Assembly (NCBI GenBank): GCA_964501185.1
Contig: CAZCRT010000002.1
Coordinates: forward strand, 40,080-104,079
Source of the DNA: an uncultured Bacteroidia bacterium
GTDB lineage: Bacteria > CAIWAD01 > BS150m-G50
Direction of reading: 5' to 3'
Length of the DNA stretch: 64,000 bases
Each line of letters starts with the position of its first letter. Positions within the stretch are counted from its first letter, which is position 1. Below the pieces are notes generated by a model. The model had not been told where the DNA came from, searched no databases, and saw only the letters and a program-made list of their open reading frames with translations. Below, piece after piece: positions 48,225 to 57,522 of the stretch. A program made the translations under genes and the position numbers.

Positions 48225-49143
48225 AATATCGGTTCTGATTCCAAGTTACAATGAAGCTGAATCGTTACCTGAACTGCTGAAGCAGATTGAGGATGTACTC
48301 AGCGGTATTACCACCGACTGGGAAATACTTATCGTCGACGATGGCTCTACTGATGATACTACAGAACTTGTCATGAAACTGCGTGCTGCTGAGAACAGGG
48401 TCAAGTACATCCGGCTGCGGCGCAACAGTGGCAAAGCTGCCGCACTGGAAGCCGGTTTCAGGGAAGTACGCGGTAAGTATGTTTTCACAATGGATGCTGA
48501 TCTGCAGGATGATCCACAGGAGATCCCCCGCTTTCTGGAAATGCTGAAAGAAGGTTATGACCTCGTATCTGGATGGAAGAAGAAGCGTTATGATCCCCTT
48601 TCAAAAACCATTCCCTCGAAACTGTTCAACCGTGTAACCTCCTTTTTCGCCGGTATCAGACTGCATGACTTCAATTGTGGTTTTAAAGCTTATCGGCGCG
48701 AGGTCATCGAAGAGGTGGAGATTTATGGTGAACTGCATCGCTATATCCCTGCCCTGGCGGTTGCACGGGGTTTCAGGGTAGGTGAGATGGTTGTCAAACA
48801 TCATCCCCGTCGTCACGGTGTAACCAAGTATGGAGTAGGGCGCTTCTTCAAAGGGCCGATGGATCTGTTGACAGTGATATTTCTTTCCCGCTTTACCCGG
48901 AAACCCCTGCACCTTTTTGGTTTTATCGGTACGCTCTCCATGTTTGTCGGTGGACTGGTGCTTGGTTACCTTGTGTGGTGGAAGTTGACTGGTAATTCGT
49001 TATCCAACCGGCCGCTGTTATTTTTCGGTGTACTGGCAATTATCGTCGGCGTACAGTTCATCTCTTTCGGTCTGCTGGGGGAGATGATAACCAGTGGTTC
49101 ATCCCGCAAGGAGTATTCCGTTCAGCAGAAGGAGCTAGATTGA
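48214..49143 (+). CDS. polyprenyl-phosphate glycosyltransferase (GT2; DPM1/ArnC/GtrB-like) with C-terminal TM helices
   Basis: ISVLIPSYNEAESL...[12 protein letters not shown]...DADLQDDP GT-A motifs plus two C-terminal TM helices. AAGGAG SD. Confidence 0.75.
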   Translation: MMTEISVLIPSYNEAESLPELLKQIEDVLSGITTDWEILIVDDGSTDDTTELVMKLRAAENRVKYIRLRRNSGKAAALEAGFREVRGKYVFTMDADLQDDPQEIPRFLEMLKEGYDLVSGWKKKRYDPLSKTIPSKLFNRVTSFFAGIRLHDFNCGFKAYRREVIEEVEIYGELHRYIPALAVARGFRVGEMVVKHHPRRHGVTKYGVGRFFKGPMDLLTVIFLSRFTRKPLHLFGFIGTLSMFVGGLVLGYLVWWKLTGNSLSNRPLLFFGVLAIIVGVQFISFGLLGEMITSGSSRKEYSVQQKELD

Positions 49144-50369
49144 AGATTTGCGCCCTGACACACACTTACCCCCGTTTTCAACGTGATACAAACGGCCCCT
49201 TTGTTGAATTTCTGCTGGAGGAACTGGCCAGTCGTGAACATGAAGTTCACCTGCTGACAGCCTGGGATGAGAAGATCTCTACAGCAAGGGCTGATAAGAA
49301 AGTAAAACTTCACACATATCGTTACGCCTGGCCAGGCAGCCTGCATATTCTGGGTTATTCCCGGACTATAAGAGCAGACATAACACTGAAATTCAAGATG
49401 CTGTTGCTGGCACCACTTATGATTATTGCGGGTACGATCGCTTTTTACCGCCTGGTCCGAAAAGTGAAGCCGGATCTTCTGCACGCACACTGGTATCTTC
49501 CTAACGGCTTCATGGCTTCAGTTGTATCACGATTGACCGGAGTGCCACTTGTAGCCACCCTGCATGGCTCCGATGTATTTGTGTCGGAGAAACCGGGGAT
49601 ATACAGCTGGATGACCCGTTACACCAATCGTACTGCAAAACGTCTCACATCCTGTTCACCTGAATTGCGTGATCGAATCTGTGCCACAGGTTTTCCTAAA
49701 CTGATGAGCAGGGTGATTCCCTACGCTGTTGATCCTGAGTTGGAGCACCCCATAGCTGATCCGGAGGTTACTGAGAAGTTGCGGGAGCAATACGAGCTTC
49801 AGGATTGCAAAGTACTGCTCTGCCTCGGCCGTCTGGTCTATAAGAAGGGGTTTGAGTATGCGATACGGGCGCTGTCTGAAGTTTTGAAGCATTATCCTGA
49901 TGCGCGTTTACTGATTGCCGGCGGAGGTGATCTGGAGCAGGAACTGCGTTCTATCAGCAGAGAGTGTGGAGTTGAGGGGGTTGTGATATTTACCGGTGAA
50001 CTGCTGAGAGACCGTCTGGCAAGCCACCTGGCGCTGGCGGATATTTTCCTGATGCCCTCTATCCATGACCTTGCCGGCAATGTTGACGGCCTGCCCAATG
50101 TTATTCTCGAGGCGATGGCTTACGGCTTGCCGATAATTGCCACTGAGATAACCGGTATTCCGCTGGCTGTGCAGGATGGTGAAAATGGATATCTGATCCC
50201 GGAAAAGGATGTACCAGCGCTGACGGAAGCAGCTCTGCAATTGCTGGCAAGCAGGGAACGACGGCGTCGTTTTGGTGAAAACTCCAGACGTTTCATAAAG
50301 GAGCGTCTCAACTGGCGTGATGTGGCAAGCCGTTATGAAGAACTATTTCAGGAAATGAGCGCGGAATGA
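49140..50369 (+). CDS. family 4 glycosyltransferase
   Basis: EAMAYGLPIIATEITGIPLAVQDGENGYLIPE (EX7E region of GT4). TTG start with GAAGGAG SD. Confidence 0.7.
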   Translation: MKICALTHTYPRFQRDTNGPFVEFLLEELASREHEVHLLTAWDEKISTARADKKVKLHTYRYAWPGSLHILGYSRTIRADITLKFKMLLLAPLMIIAGTIAFYRLVRKVKPDLLHAHWYLPNGFMASVVSRLTGVPLVATLHGSDVFVSEKPGIYSWMTRYTNRTAKRLTSCSPELRDRICATGFPKLMSRVIPYAVDPELEHPIADPEVTEKLREQYELQDCKVLLCLGRLVYKKGFEYAIRALSEVLKHYPDARLLIAGGGDLEQELRSISRECGVEGVVIFTGELLRDRLASHLALADIFLMPSIHDLAGNVDGLPNVILEAMAYGLPIIATEITGIPLAVQDGENGYLIPEKDVPALTEAALQLLASRERRRRFGENSRRFIKERLNWRDVASRYEELFQEMSAE

Positions 50370-51532
50370 AGATCTGCCTGGTGCAGCAGCATCCCATAGA
50401 ACCGGGGAAAACACCGGCGGCTATTCTACGCTATCTGAAACTGGCGGAACATTTCTCTACCTCAAATCAGGTCATTCTGATTACTCCGGGCCCGGGGATG
50501 CAGCATGGAAAGAGTATGTTTAACGGTATGCCCTGTTACCGGGTACCAACTCCCGGTACCGGTTGGAAATGGCTGGATATGCTCTTTTTTTCAGTACTGT
50601 TGCTGCCTGTATTATGGCAGGTATCCCGTCGCGAGAGCCCGGATATCTGGTTTGTTGATGAGCTGTTTGTCGGGCTGGCTCTGCCGTGGATGCGTCTTTT
50701 TGACAGGAGTCCGGTGAATTACGATGTAATGGGGATTCACTACTACCAGGTCAGGAAACACAACAGAAACTTGTTACGCCACTGGCTGCTCGGTGGAACT
50801 TACGCCCTGCTGGAGCACCTGACCATCCTGGGCAGTACTTTCCTTACTACAGTTAATGAGGCACATCGCCATGTTCTCAGGCGCTGGACTGAAAAGCCGG
50901 TGCATGTGATACGCGATGCTGCCGAGTTTCTGCCTCCCACTGACAGCGATAAGGAAATATCAATTCCACTCCGGCAAACCGGTGAGGTCTGGTTGACCTT
51001 TATAGGTAAGCTCTCCAATCGTCGCCTGGATGATCTGTTTGAGATACTGCCGGGTGTTTTTGAAGAGTGCCGGGAGCTGCGGGTACTGATTGTTGGGGAT
51101 GGTCCTTTCCGTGACCGTTATCATATCTGGGCCCGTCAACCGCATCTGGCAAAAAAGATATTCTTCCACGATTTTGTGCCACATAGCAGATTGCCGGAGT
51201 TTGCTCCACTGACAGATATTGCATATTCCGATGATTGGTCTGACATCGGTTTCCCGATGAAAGTGTTTGAGTACATGCAGCTGGAGCTTGCAATGCTGGT
51301 GGAGGATACCGCTGCTGTGAGAGAAGTTCTGGTGCATGAGGAGAACGCACTGCTGTACCGTGGCCAGTCCGGACTCCGTGCAGCGCTGATACGTCTGGTT
51401 AAGGATAGCGAGTTGCGCAGGCAGCTTGGTGAGCAGGCAGGAAGAGAATCGTTACAACATACCTGGGAGCGGAGAGTAGATCAGTTTGTTGAACTCTATG
51501 AAAAGTATTCCAGCGACAGGAGAAGTATCTGA
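50366..51532 (+). CDS. family 4 glycosyltransferase (divergent)
   Basis: GT-B-like. C-terminal FEYMQLELAMLVEDTAAVREVLVHEENALLY resembles the GT4 C-domain. 4-nt overlap with upstream GT4. Confidence 0.55.
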   Translation: MKICLVQQHPIEPGKTPAAILRYLKLAEHFSTSNQVILITPGPGMQHGKSMFNGMPCYRVPTPGTGWKWLDMLFFSVLLLPVLWQVSRRESPDIWFVDELFVGLALPWMRLFDRSPVNYDVMGIHYYQVRKHNRNLLRHWLLGGTYALLEHLTILGSTFLTTVNEAHRHVLRRWTEKPVHVIRDAAEFLPPTDSDKEISIPLRQTGEVWLTFIGKLSNRRLDDLFEILPGVFEECRELRVLIVGDGPFRDRYHIWARQPHLAKKIFFHDFVPHSRLPEFAPLTDIAYSDDWSDIGFPMKVFEYMQLELAMLVEDTAAVREVLVHEENALLYRGQSGLRAALIRLVKDSELRRQLGEQAGRESLQHTWERRVDQFVELYEKYSSDRRSI

Positions 51533-52832
51533 GTTGAATACTTTCAAGTCCACACTGTTGCTATTGGCTGCACTCCTGCTTCTTACCGGCTGCCCTTCGG
51601 AGCAGCTGGAACCTCAACTTGATTCACTCCCGCAACTTGATCCCGGGCCGAAAGCAGAGTTATCTCTGAAAGCAGCACCGGTGGAACCGTTGCAATATCA
51701 TGAAGTGGTTCCAGGTGATGCCTATTCACTGATGCTGGCAGAGCTATCCTACGACGAACAGCGCGATGTGATACATTTACTCAGCCACTATGTCCCAAGT
51801 CGCAGACTGCAACCGGGGCTTCGTTATGCTTACCGCCTGCATGCAGATGGCACCCTTGATTCACTGCTGTTTCATCATCGTCCCGATTCAATACTGGTAG
51901 TGCAGCGTGCTGGAGATGGATTTCAGATTGAACATCGAGCATTGCCCGTCAGATCAGAGTGGTTTTTCTTTGATGGAATAATCGTGGGAAGCCTTTACGA
52001 GTCGATGGTTGCGAAGGGTGTTCCACTGGAAGCGGTTGTTTCGTATACAGACATATTCCAATGGGATGTAGATTTCTTTGTCGATTGCCGTGAAGGGGAC
52101 AGCTGGTCGTTACTGCTGGAAAAACGCTTTGTTGAGGATGTTGACGGATGGCGTTTATTTCTGTACGGACCGTTACGTTATGCCACTTACGGACAGAGCA
52201 ACAGGACTATGGAAGCCTGGCGCATGGCGATTCCAGAGGGCAGGTCAGGTTTCTTCAACAGCGATGGTGAGCCATTTGCCAAAACTTTTCTGAAATCCCC
52301 CTTGAACTATCGGCGTATTTCGTCGCATTTCAGCAGGGGGCGCTTTCATCCGGTTCTGAAGATTACCCGTCCCCACAATGGTGTTGATTTCGCTGCGGCC
52401 AGAGGGACTCCGGTGGTTGCTTCCGGTGATGGAACTGTTGTTGCACTCGAATTTCAGCGCAGTGGTATGGGGCGTTATGTGAAAATACGTCACTTCAACC
52501 GCAGCTATCAGACCATCTATGGTCATCTTTCACGTTACAGCAAGGGTTTAAGGGTGGGGCAGAAAGTTGCACAGGGACAGGTGATAGGATATGTCGGTTC
52601 TACAGGTCTTTCAACAGGGCCTCACCTGCACTATACATTCCTGATTGACGGCCGGGCTGTTGATCCGATGCGCATTCCAAATCCAAGTCAGGATCCACTT
52701 TCACCGGAAGAGTTACAGTATCTTGAAGCAGATATCAGCGTCACTGATAGTCTGCTGGTATTGAGCAGTACTCTCATATCGGAAGTTGATCCCGGAATGC
52801 TCTCAATCAGCGCTGAAGACCGGCTCCAGTAA
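51486..52832 (+). CDS. M23-family metallopeptidase lipoprotein
   Basis: Lipobox LLLTGC. C-terminal HNGVDFAAARGTPVVASGDGTVV...GHL...GSTGLSTGPHLHY LytM/M23 motifs (HxxxD, HxH). Confidence 0.8.
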   Translation: MLNSMKSIPATGEVSELNTFKSTLLLLAALLLLTGCPSEQLEPQLDSLPQLDPGPKAELSLKAAPVEPLQYHEVVPGDAYSLMLAELSYDEQRDVIHLLSHYVPSRRLQPGLRYAYRLHADGTLDSLLFHHRPDSILVVQRAGDGFQIEHRALPVRSEWFFFDGIIVGSLYESMVAKGVPLEAVVSYTDIFQWDVDFFVDCREGDSWSLLLEKRFVEDVDGWRLFLYGPLRYATYGQSNRTMEAWRMAIPEGRSGFFNSDGEPFAKTFLKSPLNYRRISSHFSRGRFHPVLKITRPHNGVDFAAARGTPVVASGDGTVVALEFQRSGMGRYVKIRHFNRSYQTIYGHLSRYSKGLRVGQKVAQGQVIGYVGSTGLSTGPHLHYTFLIDGRAVDPMRIPNPSQDPLSPEELQYLEADISVTDSLLVLSSTLISEVDPGMLSISAEDRLQ

Positions 52833-53425
52833 GCCGGGCAGCAAGCACAAAGAAAAGCCCGGCTTTCGCCGGGCCAGCTCAGAATAGGGTGCTCACTGGA
52901 GACCTTTGTCACAGTAGCTATGCCATCGCAACAAGGTGGCCTCCACAACAATACACGCAGCATTCCCATGCAAACATGTACAATTGTAATTATCTAAGAA
53001 GCAAATACCATGCCAGAGATATTGTTGTGAAATAATCACAATATACACCTACTTTTGTATTGCAGCATTCAATCCTGCAGCTGATCTGTTAAGTTTTCCT
53101 TATAATCGGGCTGATAACAAACCAGAGGCAATGGTGCAGCGTGGCGTGAATTATACTGAGCTGTGCTCTCTCGACTGATAAAAGTGACAATAGTTGATTT
53201 TAAAGACTCCAACAGCTGTTTCAACGCCTGTATTGCTACTTTCAAACGCAGATATCACAACAGGATAAGTATTCTATTTTAAAGCAAAATTCTTAAGAGA
53301 ATCACTCTACCAGAAATGTTTGGGAAATATCTCTTTAAGCATATATTGTGCCACGGGTAAAAGTGCAGTTGCACAGTGAGTAATACCCTGAAACAAAAAA
53401 AGAGAGCATTTCAATAAGAAACTAG

Positions 53426-54436
<1,011 letters not shown>

Positions 54437-54439
54437 TCC

Positions 54440-55636
54440 ATGAATTTCGCTACTGTCAAGGATATCTGTGTTGCCGGGAAACGGGTACTGGTCCGCGTAG
54501 ATTTCAATGTCCCCCTGGATAAAGAGGGTAATGTGAGTGATGACCTGCGTTTGCGGGCCGCTCTCACAACTATCAACTATCTGCGGGGTGCCCGGGCGCG
54601 TATAGTATTGCTTTCTCACCTGGGCAGACCTGATGGGAAGATTAAACCGGAGTATTCTCTGAAACCGGTGCAATCGGCTCTTTCCAGGCTTCTGGATACA
54701 AATGTGAAATTTGTTTCTGACTGTGTTGGGGCCAGGGTAGAGAAAGCTGTAGACCAGCTGGAAGAAGGCGGTGTTCTCCTGCTTGAGAACCTCCGCTATC
54801 ATCCGGAAGAGAAAAAGAATGACCCACACTTCGCAGCCGCATTAGCCAGGTTGGGTGATGTTTATGTGAATGACGCATTCGGGGCTGCTCACAGGGCGCA
54901 CGCTTCTACCTCTGCCCTGCCCATGAGTATGCCGATAGTCGCAGCCGGTTTTCTGATGGAGAAGGAACTGCTGTTTCTCAATAAAGCACTTGAGGATCCC
55001 AGGCGTCCCTTTACCGCACTTCTGGGTGGTGCCAAAATATCCGGCAAGATCGATGTGATACAAAGTCTCTTTGACCGTGTTGATAACATCCTCATTGGTG
55101 GTGGCATGATGTACACCTTCCTCAAAGCCCGGGGCTACGAGATCGGTGCTTCAATTCTTGAGGATGACCGGATAGAAATGGCCAGGGAAATCATCGAGAA
55201 AGCAGGGGAAAGCAAGGTTAACCTTTACCTGCCGATGGATACGCTGGTAGCACCGTCTCTGGACGCTCCAGAAGGTAAACAGTACGGTGTGGCTGAAATG
55301 CCTGAAGACCAGTACGGCGTTGATATCGGTCAGGCAACGATTTCGAAGTACAGTGAGATCATCAGACAATCCGGTACCATGCTCTGGAATGGCCCGATGG
55401 GTATTTTTGAAAAGCCACAGTTTGCTCATGGTACCTACGCTATGGCTGAAGCTGCAGCTGCAATAGCAGCTCATGGGGGTGTCAGTATCATAGGTGGTGG
55501 CGATTCAGCTGCGGCAGTTCGTCAGAGCGGTCAGGCTGATAATATGACACACATCTCAACAGGCGGCGGGGCATCGCTGGAGCTGCTGGAAGGGAAAACA
55601 CTTCCTGGGGTCGAGGCTCTCATAAGGCCCTGGTAA
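54440..55636 (+). CDS. pgk: phosphoglycerate kinase
   Basis: RVDFNVP, NLRYHPEE, GGGASLE motifs. Immediately follows gap. Confidence 0.95.
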   Translation: MNFATVKDICVAGKRVLVRVDFNVPLDKEGNVSDDLRLRAALTTINYLRGARARIVLLSHLGRPDGKIKPEYSLKPVQSALSRLLDTNVKFVSDCVGARVEKAVDQLEEGGVLLLENLRYHPEEKKNDPHFAAALARLGDVYVNDAFGAAHRAHASTSALPMSMPIVAAGFLMEKELLFLNKALEDPRRPFTALLGGAKISGKIDVIQSLFDRVDNILIGGGMMYTFLKARGYEIGASILEDDRIEMAREIIEKAGESKVNLYLPMDTLVAPSLDAPEGKQYGVAEMPEDQYGVDIGQATISKYSEIIRQSGTMLWNGPMGIFEKPQFAHGTYAMAEAAAAIAAHGGVSIIGGGDSAAAVRQSGQADNMTHISTGGGASLELLEGKTLPGVEALIRPW

Positions 55637-55661
55637 TAGTTTTATCAGTAAGATCATGATA

Positions 55662-55686
55662 AGGGGCGTAAAGCCCCTTTTTTATT
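55662..55686. terminator. intrinsic terminator after pgk (AGGGGC-GUAAA-GCCCCU plus U-run); also convergent with the radical SAM gene
   Basis: aggggcgtaaagcccct followed by tttttatt on the plus strand. On the minus strand the hairpin is followed by UUAUCAU, a weaker U-tract. Confidence 0.6.
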
Positions 55687-56623
55687 ATTCGCTCCGCCAG
55701 CGATAAAACAGCCCCCGCTCCTTTCTTTCATGGCTCAGGTTGCCGGTCAACTGCAGTCTGGCGAGTAGAGATGTGATCTCCTCTTCTGAGGAACCCAATG
55801 CACTGACAAGATCATCAACGGTACAGGGGCGACGGCTGATCAGATCAAGTGCGCGCTCAAGCAGTTCACGTCCGGAAGCTGCAGCCTTAACGGTATCAGG
55901 TTTACGCGAAACTACTTCAGCTCCGAGCGCTCTGGCCAGATTCTGCAGGTGCCTGTAATCCGCGGTTGCAACCCAATCCTCACTGCCGGGTCGATCCAGG
56001 CTGTTAAGCTGTATGCGATCAGGCGACAGCTGTGGTAGCAGTCGCTGCATATCTTTCATGTCCTCCGGTGTATCGTTAATCCCGGGAACAATAAAAATCT
56101 CCAACCAGATTTCACCACTGTATTCCGCTCTGAAATCACTCAGGCCCTGTAACAACGGTTCCAGCGCAATCTCCTGCGCAGGACGATTTATTCGCTGCAG
56201 TGTTTCGCTGCGTACCGCATCAAGCGAAGGAATAACTATGTCTGACTGTTTAAGTTCTGCGCGCACCTGTGGATCAGGCAGCAGTGTTCCATTCGTGAGT
56301 ACAGCAACCCTGTACCGGGGATACTCAGTTTTAATGAAATCGATGATGAGCCCCAGACTGCTGTGAAGTGTTGGCTCACCATTGCCGGAGAAGGTGATCA
56401 CGTCCAGATCAGGGGAGTGTTTAAGAAAATGCCGTAGTTCGGTTTTGATCTCTGAAGTGGGAACATATTCCTGCCGCTTGAGAGTCAGCCTGGTTGTTGG
56501 TCCACATTCACAGTAGATACAGTTAAGCGTACAGACCTTTGGCGGTACCAGATCCACTCCCAGAGAGAGTCCAAGTCGTCTTGAGGGTACAGGGCCAAAG
56601 AGATGATGATACCTCATTCCCAT
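55685..56623 (-). CDS. radical SAM enzyme, COG0731/TYW1-like family; function unknown
   Basis: FGPVPSRRLGLSLGVDLVPPKVCTLNCIYCECG (CxxxCxxC). 312 aa with a C-terminal winged-helix-like tail. 10-nt overlap with the upstream kinase gene. Confidence 0.7.
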   Translation of the reverse strand: MGMRYHHLFGPVPSRRLGLSLGVDLVPPKVCTLNCIYCECGPTTRLTLKRQEYVPTSEIKTELRHFLKHSPDLDVITFSGNGEPTLHSSLGLIIDFIKTEYPRYRVAVLTNGTLLPDPQVRAELKQSDIVIPSLDAVRSETLQRINRPAQEIALEPLLQGLSDFRAEYSGEIWLEIFIVPGINDTPEDMKDMQRLLPQLSPDRIQLNSLDRPGSEDWVATADYRHLQNLARALGAEVVSRKPDTVKAAASGRELLERALDLISRRPCTVDDLVSALGSSEEEITSLLARLQLTGNLSHERKERGLFYRWRSE

Positions 56624-57522
56624 TCCTCCAGAGCAGTTAAAACAGTTTGCAGATCAGGTATACCGGTGCGTCCACCCGGCTGACGGCACTTTATACCTGC
56701 ACAGACAGCGGCAAAGCGCAATGCCTGCTCAAGGTCGAACGCCTGCGCCAGAGCATGTAGCAATGCACCGTGATACACATCACCGGCACCGGTAGTATCG
56801 ATAGCAGTCACCGGATAGGGTGGCGACCAGCCGCTTTCGCCATCTGATGCCCAGACCACACCTCCGGCTCCCATAGTGATAACTGCCAGCTCCGGTCCCA
56901 TTTTTGTTATCTCCAGCGCGGCAGTCATGGCTTCTGTCCCCGGCATGTAGTCGATGATAAAGTCGCGTGATACAACACAGTAATCGCTGGCAGAAATCAG
57001 GGAATCGCTGTCCGGACGCAGAGTTCCCAGATCAATCATCACCTTGCCACCATGCTTGCGAACGGCTGCTGCTGCTGACAGAGATGCTGATGCATCCTTA
57101 CCATCAAGTAACAGATAGTCATATTGTTCAAGCGGTATTCCTGCCATATCGTCAGTTGTCAATTCCCTGCAGCCGCACCGATCCAGAATTACCGTCCGCC
57201 TGCCGGTCTCCTGTTCCACAAGAATAGTTGCTTCGGGTGTTGTTATACCTGTCACTTGTATTACAGAATCTGTTGCCACACCTTCCTGATGCAACTCCTC
57301 AAGCAGTGATTTACCGTTCGTGTCGGCTCCGAGAAGTGCACAGAGATCGACCTGATTTCCCAGCCGGGCCAGAGTTACACAGGCTGTAGCAACCGGCCCA
57401 CCTCCCTGCTTGAGACTGCTGACAGCTTCTGTTTTGCTGTTTTGTGACGGGTAAGTATCAACCACCAGCAGGTGATCGAGAGCAGTGTGACCTATACCAA
57501 GAATCCGCATATGTGAATTCAT
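56614..57522 (-). CDS. PfkB-family carbohydrate/nucleoside kinase (ribokinase-like)
   Basis: N-terminal Gly-rich GG motif region and C-terminal DTTGAGDVYHGALLHAL anion-hole motif. Its ATG overlaps the helicase TGA (ATGA). Confidence 0.8.
   Translation of the reverse strand: MNSHMRILGIGHTALDHLLVVDTYPSQNSKTEAVSSLKQGGGPVATACVTLARLGNQVDLCALLGADTNGKSLLEELHQEGVATDSVIQVTGITTPEATILVEQETGRRTVILDRCGCRELTTDDMAGIPLEQYDYLLLDGKDASASLSAAAAVRKHGGKVMIDLGTLRPDSDSLISASDYCVVSRDFIIDYMPGTEAMTAALEITKMGPELAVITMGAGGVVWASDGESGWSPPYPVTAIDTTGAGDVYHGALLHALAQAFDLEQALRFAAVCAGIKCRQPGGRTGIPDLQTVLTALEEWE

Noticed and set aside
52688-52969. 93-aa minus-strand ORF overlapping the M23 gene 3' end and the 52857-52874 hairpin
   Set aside because: It reads through a strong hairpin. 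It has no RBS and no motif. It is likely spurious.
55685-56623. Calling the radical SAM a viperin (pVip) or QueE outright
   Set aside because: Only the generic CxxxCxxC motif is shared. The GPVPSRRLG N-terminus and C-terminal tail look like COG0731/TYW1-type proteins. I left it as family-level only.
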